A stretch of DNA of 63,118 bases, the filler included, from Octopus bimaculoides (taxonomy: Eukaryota), in the NCBI RefSeq assembly GCF_001194135.2. It is 4 parts of 4 records of this genome, joined end to end, with 100 filler letters (N's around TTAATTAATTAA, not from the genome) between each part and the next. Parts side by side here need not be neighbours in the genome. Positions count along the whole stretch, not along the records: positions 24,450 to 37,033 come from NC_068998.1; positions 37,134 to 60,848 come from NC_068984.1; 2 more parts are not named here. One strand, 5' to 3'. Below the pieces are notes generated by a model. The model had not been told where the DNA came from. It did not search any database and saw only the letters and a program-made list of their open reading frames with translations. This document shows, piece by piece, positions 25,526-37,776 of this stretch. How positions within the stretch are numbered: position 1 is the first letter of the stretch; each line of letters starts with the position of its first letter. Made by a program: the position numbers and the translations under genes.

Positions 25526-28085
25526 CATCTTCTATTTTTTAATTATTATAAATCTTCCAACAAAGATACAAGGCTCCATCTTTGGGATGTAGCTAACATA
25601 GACAAATTCATATTAGGAACTTGAGAAAAGTCTTGCATATTTTTACAGTTCCACTTACAGATTGGATTTGTAATGTACGAAGCAACCGGTCAATTTCTCT
25701 TTTTGAAAATCTCAGTTTATTTAGATTCTCCTTTAAGCATTTACTAACAAAACCTAGTGCTCCAATTATTATTGGTATGAATATGAGTTCATAGTCTGGA
25801 TTTAGAAGCTGGAGGTTTCGAAGTAGTTATCCATAGATATCTTCTTTTTCGTTGATTTTCAAAGAGATATTTATATCTGCAGGGCAGCTAACCTCTGTAA
25901 TGGTACATACCTTTGCCCCTCTGTCCCAAACAACAATATCCGGCTTGTTATGTTTACATTTGAAAGAAGTTTTGATGGGGATATTCCACCAGTATTCCTT
26001 GAGTTGGTGTTTATGAATGTATTCCATAACAGAGGGATCTTCTAGGTTTATTTCAGGGCAGTCTCTTTTGCAGATGGCATTGTAAATTGTTTTAGCAACA
26101 ACATCGTGCCACATAGAGAGGTCGTACCGTGTCGACATTTTAGGACAGCTGCTAATCACATGCGTAATGTCTTCCACAGAAACAGGATATAGCCTACAAA
26201 TGCGGTAAAGTTTTACTGAGTCTCTTGTTTAGTGGCAATCTCTTGTTCCTGGATTGCAAACAAATAGCCTTCAAAGCGTGATGTGATGTAGTGGTCTTGT
26301 GTCCAAGAGAAGCTGAGCTTCGTGTCAGTTCTACTGTCTTCCTCAAGCTTCCGGGCAACATACCTATGCATGGTCATTTTTTGCATGCTGAGTGCTTTCC
26401 ATCCAGGTCTTCTCTGAATTAAGAGAGCCCAGCTGTCTTGGGGCTGTATAGGAGATCATCAGAAAGAGAGAGTTTCTTGAAGAGTTCGCTGCCAACTCGT
26501 TCAATGTTGCTGTCTTCACTTTTCAGGACTACATTAATATATTTATTTTTGCTGCTGTTGTTTAGCAAGTGCTGCCTTAGTGATACCATATGGCATTCGA
26601 AGGCCGTCTGCACTGATCTCAGGCCTCTACCACCCTCATTTCTTCTTAGGTGGAGCCTGTCAACATCACTGTTTCTGTGGAAGTTCCCAGTTGTTATCAG
26701 GATTTTGCGGGTTTTTATATCTATGGAGTGGATTTCCTCCGCAGACCAATCAAGTATCCCAAATGTTTGGATCAGCAATGGTAGTGCAAATGTATTGTGG
26801 AATGTTGTTTTGTTGTAAGAGAAGAGTTCCGACTGCCATATTTTCCTAAGTCTGGTGAAATATTCTCGGGCCACTCTATCTTTATTCACAGTGCCTTCAT
26901 ATGATACATTTTCGTCTATGCCTAGGTACTTGTAACATTCTTTGTGTGGAATGGGGGAGATAGAGAGACCATTGATGCACAAGTTTTGGGTTTGGGAGAC
27001 TGACTTTCCTCTTTCTATAACCAAATATGAACATTTCTTTTGGCCAAATTCCATGCCTATATCAGCTGAAAATGTTAGTAATTCCAGTTGTTTTCTGGCT
27101 TTGTTAACACTTTTAGCATAAATCTTCAGGTCGTCTACAAAGAAATTATGAGTTACATTGATATTCCTGGCAGTTGAAGATCCTAGCATATAACCAGTTG
27201 TTTTCTGCAGTAGGAACGGTAATGGATTCAGTGCCAAAACGAAAAGAAGTACAGGAAGACTACCCCCCTGGAATATTCCCTTTGTAATGTCTATACTATT
27301 AGAAACAATTATTCTGTTCTCAGTTGTAAGAGTAAGAATAGTTGTCCATGCCATTGTGAGTCTCTCTATAGCAGCAATTAAGGTAATAGGTGCCTTTGCC
27401 AGATGTAGGCTCTTCAACAGCCATGAATGAGGGACAGAGTTGAATGCCTTCTTATAGTAAAGCCATACTGTCTCAAGGTTTTTGCGTTGTTTTCTTACTT
27501 CAGACAGTACAGCTTTGTTTATTAAAAGTTATTCGGTGCATCCCCAGACTCCCTTCTTTCCATCAGCCTGTTCCTTAGTCACAATGCTGTTCGACTCACA
27601 ATGGTCCTGGAGGAATTGGTTGAGGCAACTTGTGTACAGTTTGTACATAATGTTTAGGCAAGCAATGGGCCTGTAGTTTCCTGCCATCTCAGTGATTTCC
27701 TTTTTGGTAACAAGATTTGTCCTTGCTGTAGCAAGCCAATGTGGTATATCAGTTTGACCATCCATAGTCCTTTTGAACATGCATATCAATTGGTTTCTAT
27801 AAAATGTCAGCTTCTTGTACCAATATCCAATAATTTGGTCCTTTCCAGGTACATTTCCATCCTGCAGTTTGCCTACTGCTATAGCAAAAGTTTCTGCATC
27901 AATTTTGTATGTTTTACTGTTAGTGTTGGTACAATATTCTCTCTCAGTTGTATTTAACCATGATGCATTCAAGTTGAAATCCTTCTTTTCGCTCCAAATT
28001 TTTGGCCAGAATGATTGTAGCTCAAACATTCGCTTGCGGTAGCTGAGTTTCTTGCTCATCGTCCTGAGTTCATATTTTAAAGTGA
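25526..28085 (-). mobile_element. R4/Dong-type non-LTR retrotransposon (RT + CCHC + RLE), 5'-truncated and frameshifted
   Basis: YRPIACL, GIFQGGSL, FFVDDLK, YKYLG, HVISSCP and KPDIVVWD...EVSCP motifs; (ATGT)n on both sides. Confidence 0.92.
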
Positions 28086-28174
28086 TTATGTATGTATGTA
28101 TGTATGTATGTATGTATGTATGTATGTATGTATCTATCTATCTATCTGTCCGTCCGTGTCTGTCTGTCTGTCTG

Positions 28175-28862
28175 TCTGTCTATCGATACAGCTGCCGCTA
28201 CTTCTGGCATCATGAACAGAGATGCTCAGGGTGGTTGCGGATGGAATATCAACGGTCATTCATTCCAATAGATACCAACCTAGGAAAGAAACCATCACTT
28301 CTCTCAGAGCCGAAGAGAAGTCCAGTGGCTTGAAATTTCAACCACTATCATGCCTACTTTCAACAACCCCAAACTGGCAGCTGAGAGTGGGTCTGGTGAA
28401 GAAGATAAAGTTCCCGTATCACATCGTACCGACAACACTCCGCTCAGGTATAGTGATCTTCTGAAATTCCACCAAACATGATCATATGGGAATCGACTGT
28501 GTCCTGAAAGGAACGCATGGAGGAAGCTCATGAAAGGGAGCTTGACAAATATCAGAAGCTGTTTGAGCAGTGCAGAAATTGAGGCTGGCAAGTACGTTGT
28601 GAAACTACATATTTGGTCTGTGGAGGTTCTGTGGGGCGTTCATGCTTGAAAACTCTGACAGGGCTTGGAGTTACTGGTTACTGGCTATATATACCATCAC
28701 TGAAGCTGCAGAAAAGGCCACCAAGTGGCTTTGGATAAAAGGAGCAGACCAGTGACTTGCGGCTATTGAGATGCAGGCTGGGGCTTGATCAAACCCGGTT
28801 GGGTCAAATGTTAAAAGATCGAAACTCCCGAGACGCCAGAAACACATGATATACCTTAAATC
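28175..28862 (+). mobile_element. Hero-type RLE LINE 3' fragment
   Basis: WHHEQ, NWQLRVGLVKKIKFPYHIVPTTLRSGIV, MEEAHERELDKY and EAAEKATKWLWIK motifs; ends at (CATA)n. Confidence 0.78.
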
Positions 28863-29109
28863 TACATGCATGTATGCATACATACATACATGCTTGCATA
28901 CATACATACATACATACATACATACATACATACATACATACATTACATACATTATATATATATGAGCCATTTTAACGATGCGTCCTTCCCTAACTCTTCG
29001 AAACGCCAGTGTTATAATGGTGACAGCTGATGAAGGAAATGTTACATATAGTGGTTATATATGGTGGTTGTCTACCCTTATGTAGAGTTTAACCATCTCC
29101 TGTACCTAC

Positions 29110-29680
29110 ACCTTAGCACCATCATAGCATCTGATGTGGCTTTTTAAACCAGACATTGTTCTGAAAAGACACCCACAAAAAAGGTATATACATAATTACA
29201 GATATTTTGTTGGATGGCCGTTGACTATTCAGGAGTTCATCCGCACCTCCGATTTGGACCACCAAGAGTTGCAGATAAGTTCTGCTCTTTGTGGATCTTA
29301 AATTGTCGTTTGAGGCCTCCGTTGGATTTGCAAACCTGGCATACACTGCATTCAATGGTGTGCACAGACATATAGATAGTATAGCTGGCGGAGGTTCGTT
29401 TTTCAGGCGTTCGCACATAAGATTTGAGGCCAGCAAAAGACAGGCATGGTTTGTCACAGACTGTGCACACAAAAAGGCCATTGTCATTCACCTTCTCGAT
29501 CGTTACATTCTTCTTTAGATCTCTTTTGAGTCGTACTTTACATATGTATGCACATACACACACGAGCGCGCGCACACACGCACACTCACCCACCCACACC
29601 CACCCACACACATGAACCCAGCACCCATCGTGGGTTAGGAAACAATCAAGGAGACCAGCTGGATCTGCCTCAAACAATGT
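29110..29680 (-). mobile_element. Probable LINE 3' end encoding two degenerate C2H2 zinc fingers
   Basis: FVCTVCDKPCLSFAGLKSYVR and ECSVCQVCKSNGGLKRQFKIH; interrupted by a microsatellite; no splice context found. Confidence 0.5.
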
Positions 29681-29699
29681 CAGATTTTACCATGTTGTA

Positions 29700-30277
29700 A
29701 TCAGTCTGGTGTGCTTTTGACCCGGTATCAGAAGACATGGCACCTACCGAGCAGAAACCTTTGTCATATCAAATTCATTGTGCAGAATATTCTCAACTCT
29801 CACACGAGATATGCTAATAGCATTGGCTATTTGATTTGTAGTCAATCGCCTGTCATCCATCACTATATTGTGATCAATGTTTTCCTCGGTGATAACCGTT
29901 GCAGGACGTCCAGGCCTCGGGTCCATCATCAAGACTCTCCGTTTCCCTCGTAAATTCAGCTGCACCCTTTAGCACTGTTGTTAAAGCTGGAATGTCATCC
30001 CCTGATGTAGAAACCAAGTCAGTATGAATGTTTTTGGGGGCTAAAGCCCTTTTGTGCTGTTACTCGATAGTACAACGATGACAGATTTTGTCCATTTTCA
30101 AGAGCAGTTGCTACAAGTTACGTTTGAAGTCTTTTTTTGAACGGTCAGATGTCAGTTTGCCTGGAAAGAAACAATGTAGTCATTAATAAAAATGTTTGAA
30201 ATTAATGCATGGAAGATTTCACCTCTCCAGCATCACTCCTTCATAGTCAGCCTATGAACTATTCAGCCCACCCTCTC
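29700..30277 (-). mobile_element. mariner transposon 5' fragment (HTH region + TIR)
   Basis: DPRPGRPATVIT..NID...DDRRLTTNQIANAISIS...ILHNEFDMTKVSAR; TIR-like GAGGGTGGGCTGAATAGTTCATAGGCTGAC at ~30240-30277. Confidence 0.85.
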
Positions 30278-32068
30278 ACTGCGTGGCATCTTGGGAAGTG
30301 CCTTCTATTATAACCTCGGACCGACCAAAGCCTCCTGAATTGATTTAGTAGTCGGAAACTGAAAGAAGCCCGTGTATATACATATGTGTGCGTGTGTAAC
30401 CACGTGTGTATCGTTGGCGATTTTTTCCTCCGTCTTCCCTTCCTTTGGACTTTCTTCTATTTCTGCAGGGAACAGATTGGCTCGAAACGTTAAATCCTCT
30501 TTCTTTCTTTTCATGAGCGTCTGATAGTACAGTACTTGTACCACGTCCTCGCGGCGTTAATGTTTTTTCTTGTTTGTTTTTCTTTGTTTGGATTCACTAT
30601 ATATATACATGTGTGTGTCTGTGTATCTTTGTGTCCGTAATTGTTCCCACTGCCGCTCAAGATCCGGTGTTGGTGTGTTTACGTTCCCGTCACTAAGCGG
30701 TTCAGCAAAAAAGATCAGCAAAATAAGTACCAGGTTTTAAGAAATAAGAACTGAGGTTGATTCATTCGACTAAAAATTCTTCAAGGTGGTGATCCAGCAT
30801 GGCCACAGTCTAATACAAGGATTTTCAGCCATTTTCAATCTATGGACACCTTTGATTACTATCCTATTCTGGTGAACCCCCTTAGCCATTCGATGTTTAA
30901 AAACTAGTTTTATAGAAACTTGCTTAAACATTCCTATTTTGTTTTTCACATATCAACTTGTGAAAGACCTTCAAGAAAGAAGCCTAGCTGTTTCTTGCAA
31001 TACACATTGATATATACATCTAAAGCCAAATTTTTTCAGAAACCCTTAAAATACTGTCCTGGATTCCCAATTTATTATTTTGTTGCATGGACCACTCAAA
31101 ATCTTATATGGACACCTAGGGACCATAAGGACCCCGGTTGAGAACTTCTGGCCTCATGACTGAAACAAGTAAACGACAAAAAAATATGTGTAATATAGTT
31201 TTTATGAAGCATTGCCTTATATCTATCCTTTAATAATATTCTATTTTGTAAAGTCAAAACAATGCAAAATATAAAACTAAAACAAGCTATTAGTTTTACC
31301 TGGTATCTCAATAGTTCAAGGTGAGGACTCCTTCTTCCGGATATGTTAGGAGAAAAGTTGTTACTCGCTGACTTCCTTGTTCTGAGAAAGGAATACTAAC
31401 CCCGAATTACTGGAATAATAGGTAAAACTTTTAGTTTTATAAACTGCATTGTTTTATCTTTAGAAGATAATTNNNNNNNNNNNNNNNNNNNNNNNNNNNN
31501 NNNNNNNNNNNNNNNNNNNNNNNNNNNNNNNNNNNNNNNNNNNNNNNNNNNNNNNNNNNNNNNNNNNNNNNNNNNNNNNNNNNNNNNNNNNNNNNNNNNN
31601 NNNNNNNNNNNNNNNNNNNNNNNNNNNNNNNNNNNNNNNNNNNNNNNNNNNNNNNNNNNNNNNNNNNNNNNNNNNNNNNNNNNNNNNNNNNNNNNNNNNN
31701 NNNNNNNNNNNNNNNNNNNNNNNNNNNNNNNNNNNNNNNNNNNNNNNNNNNNNNNNNNNNNNNNNNNNNNNNNNNNNNNNNNNNNNNNNNNNNNNNNNNN
31801 NNNNNNNNNNNNNNNNNNNNNNNNNNNNNNNNNNNNNNNNNNNNNNNNNNNNNNNNNNNNNNNNNNNNNNNNNNNNNNNNNNNNNNNNNNNNNNNNNNNN
31901 NNNNNNNNNNNNNNNNNNNNNNNNNNNNNNNNNNNNNNNNNNNNNNNNNNNNNNNNNNNNNNNNNNNNNNNNNNNNNNNNNNNNNNNNNNNNNNNNNNNN
32001 NNNNNNNNNNNNNNNNNNNNNNNNNNNNNNNNNNNNNNNNNNNNNNNNNNNNNNNNNNNNNNNNNNNN

Positions 32069-32112
<44 letters not shown>

Positions 32113-32484
32113 GGATGTGTTGCAGGTGGTTAGCTCTATAAATGGCATCACTTTGACTGTAAAAATTATAGTTAAAACAGACAGATAGACAGACACACAC
32201 ACCCACGCGCGTGCACTCATGCATATGTTTTTAATTATAATCTAAACACATACATAATATATGTACTTATACATATATGCATATAAATACATACATATGT
32301 ACATACATACATATGTACATTTGTACATATATACATATATACATATGTACATATATACATATATATACATATATATACATATATATACATATATGTATAT
32401 ACGTATATACATATATACATATACATATGTATATATATACATATATATATGTATATATACACATATATATGTACATATATATAC

Positions 32485-32533
<49 letters not shown>

Positions 32534-33621
32534 NNNNNNNNNNNNNNNNNNNNNNNNNNNNNNNNNNNNNNNNNNNNNNNNNNNNNNNNNNNNNNNNNNN
32601 NNNNNNNNNNNNNNNNNNNNNNNNNNNNNNNNNNNNNNNNNNNNNNNNNNNNNNNNNNNNNNNNNNNNNNNNNNNNNNNNNNNNNNNNNNNNNNNNNNNN
32701 NNNNNNNNNNNNNNNNNNNNNNNNNNNNNNNNNNNNNNNNNNNNNNNNNNNNNNNNNNNNNNNNNNNNNNNNNNNNNNNNNNNNNNNNNNNNNNNNNNNN
32801 NNNNNNNNNNNNNNNNNNNNNNNNNNNNNNNNNNNNNNNNNNNNNNNNNNNNNNNNNNNNNNNNNNNNNNNNNNNNNNNNNNNNNNNNNNNNNNNNNNNN
32901 NNNNNNNNNNNNNNNNNNNNNNNNNNNNNNNNNNNNNNNNNNNNNNNNNNNNNNNNNNNNNNNNNNNNNNNNNNNNNNNNNNNNNNNNNNNNNNNNNNNN
33001 NNNNNNNNNNNNNNNNNNNNNNNNNNNNNNNNNNNNNNNNNNNNNNNNNNNNNNNNNNNNNNNNNNNNNNNNNNNNNNNNNNNNNNNNNNNNNNNNNNNN
33101 NNNNNNNNNNNNNNNNNNNNNNNNNNNNNNNNNNNNNNNNNNNNNNNNNNNNNNNNNNNNNNNNNNNNNNNNNNNNNNNNNNNNNNNNNNNNNNNNNNNN
33201 NNNNNNNNNNNNNNNNNNNNNNNNNNNNNNNNNNNNNNNNNNNNNNNNNNNNNNNNNNNNNNNNNNNNNNNNNNNNNNNNNNNNNNNNNNNNNNNNNNNN
33301 NNNNNNNNNNNNNNNNNNNNNNNNNNNNNNNNNNNNNNNNNNNNNNNNNNNNNNNNNNNNNNNNNNNNNNNNNNNNNNNNNNNNNNNNNNNNNNNNNNNN
33401 NNNNNNNNNNNNNNNNNNNNNNNNNNNNNNNNNNTGCTTTCACAATTAGGGTTAGGTAACAGAGTTCGGTAAGTGGAAGAAATTGTTTTACTGGGGGAGA
33501 TGATGAAACGGATCTGACGTCTAGAATAGACCCACATTGTAAGAAAGGCTTGATCCAAGTCATCTGATCGGTCCTTTTCTTCACGTGAAAACTAATCCAT
33601 TCCACTTTGTGAACTTCACTC

Positions 33622-33658
<37 letters not shown>

Positions 33659-33899
33659 CACACACACACGGACATACACTCACGCGTGGAGTGTGTTTTT
33701 TGTCGGCTAATTTTCTATTAGGGCATGAGATGGCGTTAAATGTCGGTAAAGAGTTAGTTTTATCTTCTATCGTTTTTCTATTACTTGTTTCAGTCTTTGG
33801 TCTGCAGTCATGCTAAAGCACCGCCGTGAAGGGTTTAGTTGTACAAATTGGCCCTCGTTATCCTATCAATCTGTCTTCGCTGAACTGCTAAGTTACGGA

Positions 33900-34290
33900 T
33901 ATACGAGTATATCTTGAAAATACCTTACAGAGTGATGGCCGTGCCCTGCATAGTTACGAGCTTCGCTTTGGCAAGACATACCACCCATTCAGTCACCTTA
34001 CTAGAAATTCGACGAAGTCATGGGACTGCTGTATAGCAGATAGTAAAGAGGTAGTGGATGAGCTCAACTGAGCCAACGGTGCTTCTTACGTTGATGCTGA
34101 GCAGAGGGATTCTAGAAGATCAACAGTCAGGATAACCAAGCTGTATTAAAAGAGTAAATGCAATGCATCCATAGGGGTGGTGTCCATGGTTGTGTAATCA
34201 GCAAATGAAAGATTCACTATGACTCGAGTTCCCAATTCGAATTCATAATAATGGAATTGGATGGCGACTGAGTCATAGGAATCTGCGAAA
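33900..34290 (-). mobile_element. LINE reverse-transcriptase fragment
   Basis: VNLSFADYTTMDTT..DALHLL is a degenerate FADD motif, followed by VELIHYL..RRIS. Confidence 0.6.
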
Positions 34291-34820
34291 GCAGCGAAAA
34301 AGAAAAAAAACAACACTGGTTGCGAGTGATGATTTGTGACATACACACAGACACCTACGACGGGCTTCTTTCAGTTTCCATCTACCAAATCGACTCACAA
34401 GTATTTGGTTATGACGCGCCGTGAGACGGAACCTAAGACCACATAGTTGGGAAGCAATCTTCTTACTACCCAGCCACGCCTGCCCCTATTATGTTTATAG
34501 TAAGTCATTATTTGAGTGTTTAAAACTGATTTCAAATTTTGTCACAAGGCCAACAATTTAGTGGGAGGGGGTAAGCCAATTACATCGACTCCAATGTCTA
34601 ACCGGTACTTATTTTATCGACTTCGAAAGGATGAATGGCAAAGTCGACCTCAGCGAAATTTGAACTCAGAACATAAAGACAGACGAAATGTTGCTAAGCA
34701 TTTTTTCCTGGAGTGCTAACGATTTTGCCAGCTCGCCTCCTTAAACATAAAGACGCATGGCGGACGAAACACTGCGAAGCAATTTGCGCGGTGCGCTAAC
34801 GATTCTACCAGCTTGCCGCC

Positions 34821-34885
<65 letters not shown>

Positions 34886-35664
34886 CCTTTCTACTATAGG
34901 CACAAGGCCTGGAATTTTTTGGGAGACGGGGATAGTTGATTAGATCGACCCCAGTGTATTCTAAGACGTTAGAATGTAATTTGATGAAGAATTCGCTCTT
35001 ATTTCCAGCAGGTCAACTAACCACTTAAAGGACTCCACCTTTGGCTTATGCGGACACAGAGAAACTCCCTTGTGTTAGAATTTAGATGATTTATGAGTGA
35101 CTGTGGTTACTTCTAGTGAACGTTATATAGGGGCCTCCATCAGTCATGTTTGACCATGCATCCTCAGTCCTGGACTAGATTTTTTGTTTTCAGGAAGACT
35201 GGCTGATGCCCACACATACTAATCCTCTCTCTTCACGTCACCAATGTTTAACTCAAGACCACTGACTTAGGCCAATATAGTTTGGCTCCAGTGTCACAGG
35301 CATTGCTATTAGAACTCAAAGAGCTGAAGCAAATTCCCAAAAGGCACATTTCCTAATCCACTAACAGCTTTGCCAATTTACTACTGTGGATTGGAACTTT
35401 TTATCGATTCTGAAAGGATGAAAGGCAAACTTGATTTCAGCAGGATTTGAACCCCGGTAGGAGAATGTTGAAATAAGTACCGCCAAGCACACTATCCAAC
35501 GCTCTTGGGTTCCTAAGAGCGTTGGATAGAGTGATCGATCGATTGAGTTGTAATTGTTTGTGAGTGATTTCTCTATGTTTAGGTATGAGAGTCACATTTC
35601 TGTTAATGTTAGTACTTCTTTCAGACACAAGGGCCAAACTTTCGAGTAACTCTCTTTTACTCAT

Positions 35665-35874
35665 TTACTCTTTTACTTGTTTCAGTCTTTTGACTGTGGC
35701 CATGCTGGACCACAGCCTTTAGTCGAACAAATCGACCCCAGGACTTATTCTTTGGAAGCCTAGTACTTATTCTATGGGTCTCTTTTGCCGAACCGCTAAG
35801 TTACGGGGACGTAAACACACCAACATCAGTTGTCAAGTAATGGTGGGGGGACAAACACAGACACACAAACATAT

Positions 35875-35921
<47 letters not shown>

Positions 35922-35969
35922 TATACATATATACGACAGGCTTCTTTCAGTTTCCNNNNNNNNNNNNNN

Positions 35970-36006
<37 letters not shown>

Positions 36007-36185
36007 TATACATATATACGACAGGCTTCTTTCAGTTTCCGTCTACCAAATCCACTCACAAGGCTTTGGTCGGCCCGAGGCTATAGTAGAAGACACTTGC
36101 CCAAGATGCCACGCAGTGGGACTGAACCCGGAACCATGTGGTTGGTAAGCAAGCTACTTACCACACAGCCACTCCTACGCCTATA
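35665..36185 (-). mobile_element. SINE family A, near full length
   Basis: tRNA-like head (TAGGCGTAGGAGTGGCTGTGTGGTAAG...GGTTCAGTCCC); same body as 1-380. Confidence 0.82.
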
Positions 36186-36956
36186 AGGTGCTAGTTGATT
36201 ACATCGATACCAGTGTTCAGCTGGATGCAAATTTTTTTTACTCGAGATAAAAGACAAAGTCACCCTCAGTGGAATTTGAACTCAGAAATTCCGCTAAGCA
36301 TTTTGTCCGGTGTATTAACGATTCTGCCAGCTCGTTGTCTTCCCTATCAGTTAATATTGATTTCAAATTTTGGCATAAAGTCAGCAATTTCAGAGGAGGC
36401 AGTAAGTCAATTACATCAACCCCCGCGTTCAATTGGTACTTATTTTATCGATCCCGAAAGGATAAAAGGCAAATGCGACCTCAGCAGAATTTGAACTCAG
36501 AACGTAAAGACGGACGAATTGCTGCTAATCATTTTGCCCGGCGCGCTAACAATTCTGCTAGTTCACTGCATTCACCACTAGTTTATATTAGGATTAAATT
36601 TAAGGCAACGAGCTGGCTGAATCGTTAGTATGCCGGGAAAATGCTTAGTGGTATTTCGTCCGTCCAAGCCACCATTGAAACTGTAAAAATGTGTAAAACT
36701 TTCCAAAAGTTTATCATTTAAGTTTATATGCGCACGTCTAGGCATGAAGATATATGCACGAGAGTACATACATAAAACAAAACATACAAATCTTCACGTG
36801 CACCGACTCCAATATTGCACACATACACACACATACACACATACATTCATACATACATAGATGTATACACACACATACGCACATACATTCATACATGAAT
36901 AGATGCATGCATGCATACACACAAACACACACACACATACTTACATACATTCGTAT

Positions 36957-37033
<77 letters not shown>

Positions 37034-37547
37034 NNNNNNNNNNNNNNNNNNNNNNNNNNNNNNNNNNNNNNNNNNNNTTAATTAATTAANNNNNNNNNNN
37101 NNNNNNNNNNNNNNNNNNNNNNNNNNNNNNNNNTATATATGTGTTTGTGTATGTATGTATGCTTTGTCGGCATACTACTAAGGACATACGCAAAACGCAG
37201 TTTAAATTTTAAACTTAAATTTAATCTTTAATTTTAACTTATACATATATATATGTGTGTGTGTCTGTGTGTATCGTGGCACTCCGTCGGTTACAACGAC
37301 GAGGGTTCCAGTTGACCCACTCAACGAAACAGCTTACTCATGAAATTAGCGTGCAAGTGGCTGAGCACTCCACTGACACGTGTACCCTTAACGTAGTTCT
37401 CGGAGAGATTCAGCGTGACACAGAGTATGACAAGGCTGGCCCTTTGAAATACAGGTACAATAGAAACAGGAAGAAAGATTGAGAGAAGATGTAGGAAACG
37501 ATGTTAATAAAAGAACTGTTGATGTACTAGAATCACTTCTATATTAC

Positions 37548-37776
37548 CTGTACATGTTTGTGTATGAAGCTTGTCTTGGATTTTCTTTAATTCGTTGAAG
37601 TTTCCTACAGTTGAAACCATATCAGGGGTAGAGGCGATAGAATTCAGTTCGTTACGATTAATGCCTTTACCAATCCCAATGGCAAATACTTGTATGTTTG
37701 TTCCGTGGATAAGGTTCGCCTCACGTTTTGTAAATGCTCTATTACTTGATTGTCCGTCTGTTAGCACAACAACAAC
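37548..37776 (-). CDS. Exon 7: VWA domain 2, C-terminal part (VVVVLTDGQSS...KLHTQTCT)
   Basis: 229 nt, same length as exon 3; acceptor gaattgttag, donor G|GTAATA (phase 1). Confidence 0.94.

Noticed and set aside
35920-36040. Direct duplication of GATATACATATATACGACAGGCTTCTTTCAGTTTCC
   Set aside because: The copies flank a 14-N gap; most likely an unmerged contig overlap.
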